From the NCBI GenBank assembly GCA_964016885.1, contig OZ024754.1, positions 40,176,001 through 40,240,000 of the forward strand: a DNA stretch of 64,000 bases. The letters are read 5' to 3'. Positions 25,045 to 38,879 of this stretch are shown here, in pieces. The notes beneath the pieces are model-generated. The model ran no database searches and was not told the DNA's origin. It was given only the letters and a program-made list of their open reading frames with translations. Numbering within the stretch: the stretch's first letter is position 1; each line of letters starts with the position of its first letter. Position numbers and translations under genes: made by a program. The stretch is from Eledone cirrhosa (lineage: Eukaryota).

Positions 25045-25233
25045 TAATTGTTTCTACTTTAGGCACAAGGCCAGCAATCACCCAGTACATTACTGGTACT
25101 TTATTTTATCGACCCCGGAAGGATGAAAGGCAAAGTTAACCTCGGCGGGATTTGAACTCAGACTGTAAAGGGACGTAACTATGCTAGAAAGCATGGCGTC
25201 CAACCCTCTACCGATACTGCCAATCCACCGCCC
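25045..25233 (-). mobile_element. SINE family A copy
   Basis: Near identity to 4072-4261. Confidence 0.85.
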
Positions 25234-25329
25234 TAGCATGGCGTCCAACCCTCTACCGATACTGCCAATCCACTGCCCTTGGAAATGGAAATAATGGAAA
25301 TAAACAATGGAAATAATAATAATAATAAT

Positions 25330-25690
25330 TGGGAAATAAAAAAGGATTTGGGTCTGTCATGAGATCAGGGTCGTCCCAGTTGTCATAGGAGCACTTGGTA
25401 CTATCTCAAAGAGTTTTCAAGATGGTTAAAGAACATTAGTCCGGCCCCCTTTTTTGGAACACTTCAAAAGATATGCTTGCTGGGAACAACAAGAACCCTC
25501 TGATACGTCCTTCAAAAGATATGCTTGCTGGGAACAACAAGAACCCTCTGATACGTCCTTCAAAAGATATGCTTGCTGGGAACAGCAAGAACCCTCTGAT
25601 ACGTCCTTCAAAAGATATGCTTGCTGGGAACAGCAAGAACCCTCTGATACGTCCTGAATGTCTGAGGCTGCAGGTAGCGACTTGATGTTC
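25330..25690 (+). mobile_element. Second R4/Dong-like 3' fragment with 48-bp x4 tandem repeat (25462-25653)
   Basis: RVVPVVIGALGTI..LQKICLLGTARTL; preceded by (TAA)n. Confidence 0.72.
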
Positions 25691-26227
25691 ATTTGAACAA
25701 ACTTTCCAGTTAAATAATATCAATTATGGTTGTAAACTCTGCTAAGAGTATTGCAATCGTTTGTCAGATTACAGAGTTTGTTGCACTTTTAGGCTATGGC
25801 CAGCCACACAAACCCGCAACAGATCCTCAACAAGCAATGCCTGTGCTTTGAAGGTTTTTTTAAGTGGGGAAAGGCCTTGCACTTGACCAGACAATCCCAC
25901 TCTCTGAGCATCGAAAACACTACCCAAAAAGGAGAACTGGTCAACATCATACATATGTACATATACACTAACGCGACTATATAAATTCTATGTACATATA
26001 CACCAATTTGACTAAATAAACTCTAAAACGGCATAATAAACAAGAATCATAAGCATAATATACACATACATACATAAATATACATACATATGTACATATA
26101 CACAAATTTGACTAAATAAACTCTAAAACGGCATAATAAACAAGAATCATAAGCATGTATATATGTGTGTGTATATACACATGCATAGATAAACATAAAT
26201 ACATATATATATATATTTATATATATT

Positions 26228-26265
<38 letters not shown>

Positions 26266-26683
26266 TATGTGGAGGGGGAGTCGGTGAATTGGCAGAATGG
26301 AAAAAGGGTTAAATACAAAATACCTTCTGGTATTTAATAACAGCTTTTTACATTCTGAGTTGAAAAATCCGGCCAGAGTCGACTTTAACCTTTCATCCTT
26401 TCGGGATCGATAAAATAAAGTACCAGTAATATAATTGTCACTTTTCACCCCCCCCCCCCCCCCAACCCACTTCACCCTTACACCAAATTTCTGTTTTTCT
26501 TTGTCTATGTGAGAAACCAGTTTCCATGATGGTGGATTTGTAAAAAGATAACTCAAAGTTTATATATGTTTATATACCTACATCTAGCTATCCATCTATA
26601 CCTGTCATTGCTCACGACAGGATAACTTGTCTAACCCATGCCAGCGTGGAAAAATGGATATTAAACAGTGATGATGATGGTGA

Positions 26684-26722
<39 letters not shown>

Positions 26723-26908
26723 TATATCATCATCATCGTTTAACATCCATTTTCCATGATAACGTGTGTTATATATATTATATATATATATATATATATG
26801 TGTGTGTATGTATATATGTATGTATATATATATATATATATATGTGTGTATGTATATATGTATGTATATATATGTATGTATGTATGTATATATATATATA
26901 TATATATG

Positions 26909-26950
<42 letters not shown>

Positions 26951-27163
26951 TGTATATATATATATGTATATATATATACCTAACACACATATATATATAT
27001 ATGTGTGTATATATATATATATAGAGAGATAGATATAGATATATGTAAATTTATTAATATATATGTGTGTGTATGTATATATGTATGTATATATATATAT
27101 ATATATGTGTGTGTATGTATATATGTATGTATATATATATATATATGTGTGTATGTATATATG

Positions 27164-27202
<39 letters not shown>

Positions 27203-27213
27203 ATGTATATATG

Positions 27214-27257
<44 letters not shown>

Positions 27258-27400
27258 TGTATATATATATATGTATATATATATACCTAACACACATATA
27301 TATATATATGTGTGTATATATATATATATATATAGAGAGAGATAGATATAGATATATGTAAATTTATTAATATATATGTGTGTGTATGTATATATGTATG

Positions 27401-27449
<49 letters not shown>

Positions 27450-27779
27450 GTGTGTATATATATATATATAGAGAGAGAGATAGATATAGATATATGTAAA
27501 TTTATTAATATATATGTGTTTGTATATATATATATATAATAATAATAACAATAATAATAATAATAATAATAACAGTATTGTTATTATTGGGTATAAACTT
27601 TACCAGGGTTCAAAGCTTAATGCAACAGGATTCCCGCAGAGCTGATATAGAAAGATTAGGAAGCACCAAAGAGTCACATGTTTCAACCAATAGAGTTTCA
27701 TCATCCCTATTTGAAATTCTTTTAGTATATATTGTTGTTACTGCCATCTCTATAATTGATATATATTTGATATATATAT

Positions 27780-28110
27780 GGAGGCACATGGCTCAGTGGT
27801 TCGAGCATTGGCCTTGCAATCGAAAGGTTGTGAGTTCAATTCTCAGACCGGGTGATTTGTTGTTTCCTTGAGCAAGACACTTTATTTCACATTGCTCCAG
27901 TTTACTCAGCTGTAGAAATGAGATGATAGGGACTGGGGTCCCTATCATTCCACTGCAAAGTGGTCGTGGAGGTGCCACGGCAAAAAAGCACCCAGCACTC
28001 ACTGTTAATGAGGTTGGTGTTAGGAAGGGCATCCAGCTGTAGAAATCATGCCAGAATCAGTTCCCGTCCCACCCTTGCAAGCAGGGAAAAGCGGACGTAA
28101 AAATGATGTA
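27780..28110 (+). mobile_element. Full-length CORE-like tRNA SINE with RTE-type tail (family B)
   Basis: A box TGGCTCAGTGG, B box GAGTTCAATTC, CCTTGAGCAAGACACT core; tail shared with RTE 3' UTRs. Confidence 0.85.
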
Positions 28111-28602
28111 AGTTGATAATATCTTCATCATCACCATTTTACGTCCATTCTTCCACGCTAGCATGGGTTAGACAAGTTGTCCTGTTGTGGGCAATGCCAG
28201 GTCAGGTGACCATGTCTTGCTCATACAGAACTGATTCTGTCTTTATTTCTACAGCTGGATACCCTTCCTAACATCCACGTCATTTACAGTGAGTACTGGG
28301 TGCTTTTTTACTGTGGCGCCTACACGACCACTTTACAGTGTGGACTGGGTGCTTATTTGTCGTGACACCTCAGCAACCATTTTACTGTGGGAGAGGGGGT
28401 TGGGGCATACCTGTCTATATGCTTCAGCTTGGGCTTGTACCCATGGGAAATCAGGTCTTCAGTATTACTATGCCATTTTGATGCCGATTTTGAACCCATT
28501 TCTGATGGTTGCCGTATAAAACCATAAAGAAAAAATCTTTTTAAAGAATTTTTTAAATTTCTGATTTTCTAATAGCTCTATCATCTGAAACATGTATTTT
28601 TT

Positions 28603-28931
28603 TTAACCCTTTAGCATTCACATTACTCTATATTTATTATTATATTTTCATGGTAAAGGCTTTACCACACATAATATTTACATTACTCTATATTTACTAT
28701 TATATTTCCATGGTAAAGGCTTTACCACACATAATATTTACATTACTCTATATTTACTATTATATGTTCATGGTAAAGGCTTTACCTCACATAATTATCT
28801 CACATAAATGGAATCTATGAGATTTTGATGTTATTTATTTTGAGAACCATACCTTAACATCAGCCGGTTTGAACAAAAAGAGGTGAAAGAATTCTGGTCA
28901 GATACGGTCGGTTGAAACGCTAAAGGGTTAA
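28603..28931. mobile_element. piggyBac-like MITE with internal 60-bp triplication
   Basis: TTAA-CCCTTTAGC...GCTAAAGGG-TTAA. Confidence 0.85.
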
Positions 28932-29849
28932 AAGTGTATTGACTCTTTGGTGCTGTTTAATCTTTATATATATATTTATATTTATATATTTTTATCATGA
29001 GATTAAAATTGCAATAGTGCAATATGAACTGTACATTCTCGTATGTTATTATTATTATTATTATTTCTTTACCATATGCAGCTTTCTAACAACAACAGCA
29101 ACAACAATAACAACAAGACTATATATTTCTACTGTGAGATGTTTTATCTTTGTGTTTTATCAAACGTTGATAGTATCAAAACAAATAAACAAAAACACAC
29201 ACACACAAAAAAAAACAAAACATTTAAACAATAAAAGGCAGGTTCAAAGTCTGAAGTACGTTGATTGGAATATGCAGACAATATCAATATCTCTGCATAG
29301 ATATAGATAGAACTGCCACAATTGTCACTCCTAGTCTTTGTCTTCAAGAAAAGACATTTTGTAGCAATTTAAAAATATGTTGACTGCTGCTGCTGCAATA
29401 ATATGTATGAAAAAAGCTGACCTTACCCAATTACACCTCTCAAAGGCAATGACACACGACCGTGACTTCTGGCGTCACGCAGTAATACAGAGTACCCGAC
29501 CTCCCATGGGCACAAGCTGAAGCATATAGACAATATGCCCCCACCACAAGGTGGTCGTGGAGGTGCCACGGCAAAAAAGCACCCAGCCCACACTGAAAAG
29601 TTGTTGGCAGAACTATGTTGAAAAATAAACTTCATTACTCTATATACTATTGTATTTTCATGGTAAAGGCTTTATCTTACATAATTATCTCACATAATAT
29701 CGAATCAACGAGATTTTGATGTTATTTATTTTGAGAACAATACCTTAACATCAGTATGGGTGGCCAGTTACGGTTGGTTTGAACAGAAATAGGGGAAAGA
29801 ATTCTGGTCGGATATGGCCGGTTTAAATGCTAAAGGGTTAAATAAAGTA

Positions 29850-30239
29850 CAGTGGAACCTCGCTTCAGGAACACCTCTTATCACGAACTAATCGGTTCAC
29901 GAACCATTTTTCCAAACCTAAACTGTCTCACTTCAGAGTATCTCAAGTAACGAACACGCAAGTCAGAAACAATGGTTGGGAGTATTGGCAGGAAAACATC
30001 AGTTGCTGCGTAGTTAGTTACTATGGTGATATCTATCTGTCTTTCACAGACAGTCTCTCTCTCTCTCACTGTATTTCTCTCTCAACAGTTCGTATAGGAA
30101 AAATAGTTTCGGTTTACGAACATTTGCAAGGGTGGTGCCCCAGCATGGCCTCAGTCGGATGGCTGGAACAGGTAAATGAGTATTTCGAGTGACGAGTGAA
30201 TTCAGAGACCAATTAAGTTCATGAACCAAAGTTCAACTG
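29850..30239. mobile_element. pogo/Tigger-like MITE
   Basis: TA-CAGTGGAACCTCG...CAAAGTTCAACTG-TA imperfect TIRs. Confidence 0.7.
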
Positions 30240-30911
30240 TAAATAAAATTTTGAATTTGGCTCATGGTCCCCAAAGGGTCTGCTATCCCCAGATTGGAAA
30301 CCATTGGTCTAACATATTGTTCTTCCTTTGTTGATGACCAAGATTAAGGATTGGCTTGTATGTCTGGTATATCTGATCTAGTCTAGTCTAATCCGGTCCG
30401 ATCTGGTCGAGACTCAGTGCCGGACTAAGAGGACTAAGAGAGCTACAACACAGAGCCTCATAGATCAGGTTGGCCTCCCAGCTTCCTTTCACCTCTTCTC
30501 TATGTAGAATAGAAAGTAAGGGAAGTAACAAGTTCAAGGGGTAGAAACTAAGTGATAAGATGACAAGAAATAGGACAAATAGGACAATCACCTCTACTAC
30601 ATTATATAGTTGAGAGAAATACTTGACCGAAATAGCTTTATCAAAAGATCAATGAATGAAAACAAAAATGACATTTTGCATTCTCCCTCTCTTTCTTTGC
30701 CTTTCATTCATTTAAGGTCAAAGGAAAGAACAATACATTGGTTTCTGAACTATTTTAACCCTTTTATTTCATTTTGTACATATATACACAATTTATGTAA
30801 TATATATCCAGGTGGTGCTATTAAGTTAGACATGGCCTGGGCCAATACTGGCCGAAACCTATCAAAGTTATACATAATTTATATAATATATACACAATTT
30901 ATGTAATATAA

Positions 30912-31103
30912 TTAACCCTTTAGCATTTACTATCACAGCAAAGGCTTTACCTCACATAATATTGAATCTATGAGATTTTGATAGTACTTATTTTAAGAAC
31001 AATACATTAACATCAGTATGAGTGGTCGGTTACAGCTGGTTTGAACAGAAAGAGGGGAGAGAATTCTGGCCGGATATGGCCGGTTTAAATGCTAAAGGGT
31101 TAA
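30912..31103. mobile_element. piggyBac-like MITE
   Basis: TTAA TSD and CCCTTTAGCATTTA TIRs. Confidence 0.88.
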
Positions 31104-31266
31104 TACAAAATATTCAAAAGAAATCAATCAATAGAAATAAATCAATAGAAAGAGAAAGTAATATTGTAAAAGACTATAAATGAGAGGAAAAGAAGCTGAG
31201 AGCAAGGATTATAAAGTAATGAAAGACAGAGAGAAGAGGGAAAGGATGACAGACTCTACACCTAAG

Positions 31267-31409
31267 TCAGGGTGGTGTTTCAGCTGCACCCGTAGACAAA
31301 ATGGCAAATACATTGCCACAGTAAATATCAGATTGCCCATCAAATTTACAAACTTCTATAATTTTTGTCAACACAAACTGCCACAAATCTCCTCCAACTC
31401 TGGTTTTAG
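31267..31409 (-). other. Candidate exon (open 46 codons: KTRVGGDLWQFVLTKIIEVCKFDGQSDIYCGNVFAILSTGAAETPP*)
   Basis: TTTTTAG acceptor, unique sequence, phase-compatible with the candidate exon at 38827-38879; no homolog recognised. Confidence 0.3.
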
Positions 31410-31879
31410 CTAAAAATGTTTTTTAAAAATAGTTTGTTTTAATTGGTGTAAGGTTAAAACTTGACGTGAGTGTGTGTATATGTGTGTGTATAAGTATGTA
31501 TGTGTAAGTGTATGTGTTTGTGAGAGAGAGTGTGTGTGTATGTAAGTATGGATGTATAAGCATATGTGTGTTTGTGAGAGAGAGAGAGTGTGTGTGTTGT
31601 TTGTGAGAGAGAGGGAATGTGTGTGTGTAAGTATGTATGTGTGTGTTTGTGAGAGTGTGTGTGTGTGGAAGTATGTATGTGTGTTTGTGTGAGAGAGAGT
31701 GTGTTTGTGTGTGTTTGAATAAAATAAAGTTTAAATGTACTTATTTTGTGTGTTTTGATTTTAAATATATTTTATAGTATATATGTACTTGTTTGTCTTT
31801 TGTTAGTAGTTATTGTAAACAAACTTTGGTTATATTCACATTTTACAGAGAGAGGAGAGGAGATAGATAAATATATAGA

Positions 31880-32485
31880 TATGTTTCTTTATTAGCCACA
31901 GGGGCACAAAAGAAGGGGACAAATACAAAGGGGGAAGTTTACATACAATAAAAACGTGTAAAATATCCCAAATGCAATTTAAAAATTAGTCAATTTTTCC
32001 CAATAGGGGGAGACATTACATATGGGTAACACATACCCCCGAAAAAAAAAAATGTGCAACCCTCATCTCCAGGAGTACGAAGAGTTTGTACCCCTTTCCT
32101 CTCCTCCTCTTTTTCCTCAACCTACAGGCTGATATAGAGAGAAGGCCCATTCACTCGGGCCATTCTCGCCACTTTCACCCACCTTTCATAAAACTTGCTG
32201 CGGTACAGCACCTCTCTCTCCATCCTGATTCTTCTTCCAAAGTGGTATTTGAAAAAAAGAATCAGTTGTTGGCCGGAGAGAAAGGTGTCTGACCTCAGCC
32301 CTTTCAACCTTGTCCACCATACAACCTCTTTCGCCATAGCTATCACACAAAGGAAAACCGCCTCTCCTTCGTTTTTGAAGGAGGGTGGCGGTTTGATCAT
32401 GACAATGGACTCGGTGGTCAACCGGATTGGTTCCACCCGCGACAATAGTCGTTCTACATAGCCCACAGGTTGGTAACGCCCGGGC
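31880..32485 (-). mobile_element. Tx1/L1-like LINE 3' fragment
   Basis: MEREVLYRSKFYERWVKVARMARV, homologous to 63330-63675; bounded by (GATA)n-like tracts. Confidence 0.7.
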
Positions 32486-33094
32486 AGATAGATAGATAGC
32501 TGAATAGAGAAGAGAGAGAGAGGATAAATAAATATATATATCATCATCATCATCTTTGTTTAACGTCCATCTTCCACGCTAGCATGGGTTAGACGGGAGT
32601 TGTCCCACTTGAGGCAAGATTGGTCAAGTGACCGTGTCTCGCTCGCATAGGACTCTCTGGCAGGTTTTCTACGGCTGGATGCCCTTCCTAACACCAACCA
32701 CATTTACAGTGTGGAACTGGGAACTTTTTACCGTGTTACCTACACAACTATATATATAATATATATACACCTTCCATATACTGTACCGATTGTGTTGTTA
32801 TTTCTGTTTACCTTTTACATACATATATATATATATATGTGTGAATGAAGTAATTCACGTCGGAAATGTCCAGGAAAAAAGAGTGCTCTATGTAGGTAAC
32901 AGAGCTTAATAGTTATGTAATAAACAACATAAGGCAATTATTCCATTTACCAGTGGTTTCTTAAAAGCGGTCTGTTTATTGAATTTGGATTTTTTTTTTT
33001 TTTTTTTTCTTTCGTTCTTCCTTCTCCAGCCTCACTTTCATATAGATTGCATTTTTGTTTTTAAAATCCAAATTCAATAAACAGACCAGGATTT

Positions 33095-33154
33095 TTTCAT
33101 TCTGAGGATTGAAAGCAAAATCTTTTGCTTTTAAGAAACCACTGGTAAATGGAA
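33095..33154 (+). ncRNA. Complete type I hammerhead ribozyme
   Basis: TTTCATT-CTGAGGA-TTGAAAGCAAAA-TC-TTTTGCTTTTAA-GAAA-CCACTGG-TA-AATGGAA; GUA triplet, predicted cut after 33147. Confidence 0.78.
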
Positions 33155-33779
33155 TAATTGCCTTATGTTGTTTATTACATAACTATATATATATAGAGAG
33201 AGAGAGAGAAAGGAGGTATAGAGAAGATAGATAGATAGAGAAGGGGAGAGAGAAGATATATATATATATATATATAGGGAGAGAGAGGGGGGTATTTTGT
33301 CAGCTGTTCTGGTTTATAAGTTTCACAAGTGATATGATAAAACGATCACCATTAAATCTAGTTTCTGGTCACTAGGGCAGTTTTAGTGACAAAATCCTCA
33401 ACAACAAATCTAAACTGAAATATCTTATTTAAGTTTGTTCCATTTATTAAGTCGTTTGTTTTGAAATCCGATCACTAAAACTGTGTCAAACAAAGAAATT
33501 GCACTGATATCAAAAATATAAATGAAAGGATTATTTTTCTTCGCTTTGGTCGAAATTTTATCTCCAAAGTCTTATTGTTTTCTATAAGCTAAGTTAATAC
33601 TTAGCGCGGTGTCACGTACAGAAGAGACGGAAAAAGGAAGAAATAAGTAGATTGAAAGTGAAAGGTGTGAGAATAGGAGAGAGAGAGAGAAGGTAAAGGA
33701 GAAAGAGAATGGGGAAGAAATGGTGGAGAAGAGGGAAAAGAAGAAAAGGTAGAACTGTGAGAAGGAAGAAGGGCGGGAC

Positions 33780-34051
33780 TCAGAACTATAGGCAAAGTGA
33801 TGGGAATCAGAACTGTAGGCAAAGAGAATGGAATCAAAACTATAGGCAAAAAGATGGGAATCAGAAGTATAGGCAAAGAAATGGGAATCATGACTATAGG
33901 CAGAGAAATAGTAATCAGAACTATAGGCAAAAAGATGGGAATCAGAAGAAATGGCAAAAAGATGGGAATCAGAAGTATAGGCAAAGAAATGGGAATCATG
34001 ACTATAGGCAAAGAAATGGGAATCAGAACTATAGGCAAAGGGATGGGAATC
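33780..34051. repeat. 24-bp minisatellite, about 11 copies
   Basis: ATGGGAATCAGAACTATAGGCAAA-like unit; 8-aa periodicity in ORFs. Confidence 0.88.
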
Positions 34052-34608
34052 TCTTCCTAACCAAACAATTCTCTGCTGATATAAGCAAGCACCTATTGTT
34101 AAACATAACTAGTTCTTTTGACATAGTGTTTCTCAGAGACCCGAATCACACCCCTTCCCTTGCAATTCTAGGTTTCCTAATTCCTCTGCCATTTTGAATT
34201 GTCATCTAGTAAGTAATTTTTAAACCAAGCCCCACACTACCTTGACCAAGTGTTTCAGATCCCAGTAATTGTATAGTCCCTAATGGGATTAAGTCTAAAT
34301 CAGCAGTCCTGTGGACTGTTTATTCATGATTGCCCCAACAGTTGTGAATATTAATATTTCATTTGATTTATACGCCTTGTCACAACTTCTGATGTACATG
34401 AGGTGCGTCTAAGGGGGAGGACTAATTTGTCAGAGGCTGAGGTCACTAGAGAAATTAAAGCGCTCAATCAGTTTACCGTCTTTACTGCTGGACAGATTGT
34501 TGGAAAAAATTTTATTTTTTTAATATAATGCAGTCATAGTTCTGTTTTATACTTTTCAAGAATGCCTTATTAATGTGGTACCATGTGGTACAGGATGTTA
34601 GTTAATAT

Positions 34609-34793
34609 AATTGTTTCTACTTTTGGCACAAGGCCAGCAATTACCCAGTACATTACTGGTATTTTATTTTATCGACTCCCATAAGGATGAAAGGCAAAGT
34701 TAACCTCAGCGGGATTTGAACTCAGACCATAAAGGGACGTAACTCTTTGCTGCAAAGCATGGCGTCTGACCCTCTACCAATACTGCCAATCCA
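34609..34793 (-). mobile_element. SINE family A copy
   Basis: Near identity to other copies; lies within a ~100-bp local tandem duplication. Confidence 0.83.
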
Positions 34794-35849
34794 CAATGCA
34801 GTCATAGTTCTGTTTTATACTTCACAAAAATGTCTTGTTAATGTGGTACCATGTGGTACAGGATGTTACTTAATATAATGCAGTCATAGTTCTGTTTTGT
34901 ACTTTTCAAGAATATTTTACTAATGTGGTAACATGTGGTACAGGATGTTAAAAGTTAACTTCTAACTATCACAAATTCATATAGTTAATGTTCAGAACTA
35001 TATTGTTGTTTTTGAAATCTTTATTCTATTAATTTTACGGTCATTGACTTCTTGTAGTAACAATACCAGCAGTGACATGTCAGAATCTAATGTTCAACAA
35101 AACAACTATCTTCCACTGCCTGAAACATTTTAAAAGAAATTTAAATAAGGCAGGCTTGTTATGAATCATATTTAGCATGAGAGGTTAATATCTTCACTGA
35201 ATGTTTACTTAGAAAAATACTTTGATAGCATTCCCTAATTTCTGGTTTGATATTGTTTTATTCAATCTGTGTCAAAGTCCAATATTTCTCTTGTTCCTGC
35301 TTATATGACATTAGCTAATGATATAACTACAGCCATCATACACAATTGAGTATGACATGGTAGTAATCTACCATGCTTTCACTAAGGGTTTTAGGTGACC
35401 ATACAGTCACCAGTTGACACAGAACCCACTCAACTGTCCTTCCTTCCCTTCTTGATCCAGTGGAATATCTAGGATGTGACAGTTGGAAGGAAAGAGGGCT
35501 GTGTGTGTGTATGTGGCTATACTAGTATAAAATAAAACCACATGGTTGCTAGAACTTATCAACCACATGGTTGCTAAGAGAACTTATTGACCACATGGTT
35601 GCTAAGAGAACTTTTTATCCACATGGTTGCTAAGAGAACTTATTAACCACACAGTAGCGTATGTGCTAATAGTACACCCCCCCCCCCCCCCCCCCCCCGG
35701 TTAACTCCCTTCAAGATGTCTATACACCGTGTAGTTCCCAAATCTGTTTTGATATATGCTGTTGAGTTGGTGTAAGTTTCTTTCAGTAGGTTGATGTATT
35801 TTTTTGTTAATTGAGGTCTTGTTTAAGAGTTGCCACAAGCTGGGTAGTT

Positions 35850-36190
35850 TCACGTTGTCAAAAGCTTATGACTGGCAAGCGGCTCAGCAACTGTATCTGT
35901 ATCAGTGAGCTGTTCAACATTACCAGACTCTGACGAATTACATCAATTGTCAAGTCAAGGGTACTCAAACTATATGGCCATATAAAAAGATCAACTCGTG
36001 GTGTGAGTAGGTTATGCCTGGAAGGAAGGTTGGCTGGTAAGAGAAGTAGAGGCCGGTAGTCAAAATGATGGCTTAATAACGTCAACCTATGGACTGGACT
36101 TGATCTTTGCTTTTTAAACTCTGCTGTTGGTGATCGAACTTTGTGGAGAAAAATATCTCATGTTGATGCGCAGCCTGCAACTGGCGGAGT
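35850..36190 (+). mobile_element. Decayed RTE-like LINE 3' fragment
   Basis: SRVLKLYGHIKRS..LCLEGRLAGKRSRGR..WLNNV. Confidence 0.65.
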
Positions 36191-36444
36191 TTAGCGTCAA
36201 ATTAGTAGTAGTGTATGTGGATATACACTACTGCAGGCATGTCAAACTGAGGGTCCCCTGAGGGCCACACAACATGCTCGTGCTGTAAAAACCTTTGTGC
36301 GGGTCGCAGGTGGGCTTGTAAAGGGCCACATGTTTGACATGTCTGCTCTACTGTATGTATAATATGAATATACATTGAAAACACAAGAAAACACCGAATG
36401 TCAGTTTAGGATTAATTAAGTTGCTTAATTAAGTCAACTAATTA

Positions 36445-36861
36445 CAGTATATACTCGAATATAAGCCGATCTCGCTATTTTATGTCTGAGAAATGGGCAA
36501 AAATCCAAACCTTATGGAGAATTTGAAATTGGTGAAAATCATCAAAATATTGGTTTCTGATTCAGGCACAAGGTCAGCAATTTTAGAGGCAGGGAAAGTC
36601 GATTAAATGGACCCCAGTGCATCACTGGTACTTTATTTTATCAACTCCATAAGGATGAAAGGCAAAGCTAACCACGGCAGGATTTGAACTCAGAACATAA
36701 AGGAAGGTAACTCTATGTCATAAAGCATATCCAAAGCTTTATTGACACTGCCAATCCACCGCATCATCAAAATATTGACCCCCTGATATAAACTGCCCTC
36801 ACCACTACCACCATCAATTGTTTGGTCACATATTCCCCGGCTTATATTCAAGTATTTACGG
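36445..36861. mobile_element. pogo-like MITE with nested SINE A
   Basis: TA-CAGTATATACTCGAATATAAGCCG...CGGCTTATATTCAAGTATTTACGG-TA. Confidence 0.75.
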
Positions 36862-37189
36862 TAAGTTGATTAATTAAGTCATCTAATTATGTCCAATTAT
36901 GTTTTCAGCTGACACTCTGAAATGACAACAACTCGTAAATTATTATAAAATGTATCTATTTTATATAACTTTACATTGAGGATTTTGTTAGCAGTCATCT
37001 GATGTGTATGATTGCATATATTATACATAAAATTCCAAAGAAAATAGCTGCCAAAACCATGCTTTTGATGTTTTCATATTGAAGAGCCGTTAATTCTTTT
37101 TCTAAAGAAAAGAAAAAAAAACAAAGAAAAAAAACAAAAGATTTTTTAGAATTTAAATAAAAGATGAAATGTGCATAACAGAATTATAT

Positions 37190-37377
37190 AATTGTTTCTA
37201 CTTTAGGCACAAGGCCAGCAATTACCCAGTGCATTACTGGTACTTTATTTTATCGACCCCGTAAGGATGAAAGGCAAAGTCAACCTCGGCGGGATTTGAA
37301 CTCAGATCGTAAAGGGACGTAACTATGCTGGAAAGCATGGCGTCCGACCCTCTACCGATACTGCCAATCCACCGCCC
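37190..37377 (-). mobile_element. SINE family A copy
   Basis: Near identity to other copies. Confidence 0.87.
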
Positions 37378-37433
37378 TTAAAAGATGAAATAATAATTTT
37401 TAATTTAGACCAATAAGGGGTGAAAGTTAATTA

Positions 37434-37590
37434 CCGTATTTCCCGTCCTCGAGGACGCACCTTAATTTTGACAACCAAAAATTTGAAAAAAAAAAAAAAT
37501 AATAAACAACCTTCGGCCTCCAGGACGCACGGTAGAGTTTTGAGACTTATTTTAGGAAAAAAGCAGCATCTTCGACGCCGGGAAATACAG
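37434..37590. mobile_element. pogo-like MITE
   Basis: CCGTATTTCCCG...CGGGAAATACAG TIRs. Confidence 0.65.
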
Positions 37591-38244
37591 AATATCAACC
37601 CCAGTGCATTACTGGTACTTTATTTTATCGACCTGGTAAAGATGAAAGGTAAAATTAACTTCGGCAGGATTTGAACTCAGAACGTAAAGGGCCGCAACTC
37701 TATGCTAGAAAGCATGTTGTTGGGCGCTCTACCGGTTATTGCCAATCCACAATAATTTGTAGGGATGTGTGAAAGTCAATTACATCAACCCCAGTATGTG
37801 ACTGGTATTTTATTTTATTGACTTTGAAACGAAGGTGAACTAATGTAAACAGGGGAATTTACATAAATGCAATATTTTCTCTTCTCTTTTTTCCTCTCCT
37901 CACTTCTGATGAAGGACTAATGTCTGACACATCGAGTGTCACAGTTCAATCAACAATACTGCCTGCTCATGAAATTAAGGTGCAAGTGGCTGAGCATTTC
38001 ACAGACTTGAGTACCTTTAACATAATTAATTCTCAGGGAGATTCAGAATACCAGTGTGTGAGAAAGCTGAACCTTTGAATTACAGTTCATTTGATTGGAT
38101 TCCAATCAATATCCATCTTCTCAAAGTATGGGTTCACCTAAGGCTACGGTAAATGACTTTGCCTAAGATGCCCCATGGTGGGATTGAACTCAGGACCTAA
38201 TAATTGCAAAGCAAATTTCTTAACCATCCAACCATGCTATGTCT

Positions 38245-38790
38245 ACAGTTTACAGAGTGGACTGGATGAATATTTTCATGGCACCAGAACTATCAGTTTA
38301 CAGAGTGGACTGAGTGCATTTTATTGCAGCACCAGCAATACCACATTACAGAGTGAACTGGGTGCATTTCATCACGACACCAGCACTACCTCTTTACAAA
38401 GTGTACTGGGTGTATCTTATTATGACACCAGCACAACCCCTTTACAGAGTGTACTGGGTGCATTTCCATCACGGCACCAGCACTAACTCTTTACAAAGTG
38501 TACTGGGTGTATCTTATTATGACACCAGCACTACCCCTTTACAGAGTGTACTGGGTGCATTTCCATCACGGCACCAGCACTACCTCTTTACAAAGTGGAC
38601 TGAGTATATCTTATGATACCAGCACTAACCCTTAATAGATTGGACTGGGTGCATTTCATCATAGTACCAGCACTACCTCTTCACAAAGTGGACTGAGTGT
38701 ATCTTATGATACCAGCACTAACCCTTAATAGAATGAACTGGGTGCATTTCATCATAACACCAGCACTACCACTTTAGAGTGGACTGAATG
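38245..38790. repeat. ~39-bp degenerate tandem repeat related to the RTE 3' UTR subrepeat
   Basis: TTTACAGAGTGKACTGGGTG..CACCAGCACT units; similar array at 57045-57310 in opposite orientation. Confidence 0.75.
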
Positions 38791-38826
38791 ATCACTTTCA
38801 ATTAAACATTTTCAAATACTACTTAC

Positions 38827-38879
38827 CATGTTTCTTTATTTGTTTTCGCAATCGGTCCTGACAGTCAAGAAAACTCAGC
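38827..38879 (-). other. Candidate 53-nt internal exon (LSFLDCQDRLRKQIKKH in one frame)
   Basis: CATTTTAG acceptor and ATG|GTAAGT donor. Confidence 0.4.

Noticed and set aside
27780-27850. tRNA gene
   Set aside because: It is the head of a multi-copy SINE continuing into CORE-like and RTE-tail sequence.
37906-37945. CTGATGA-AGGAC-TAAT-GTCT-GACA hammerhead-like motif
   Set aside because: GAAA is mutated to GACA and no good stem I is present; at best a dead remnant.
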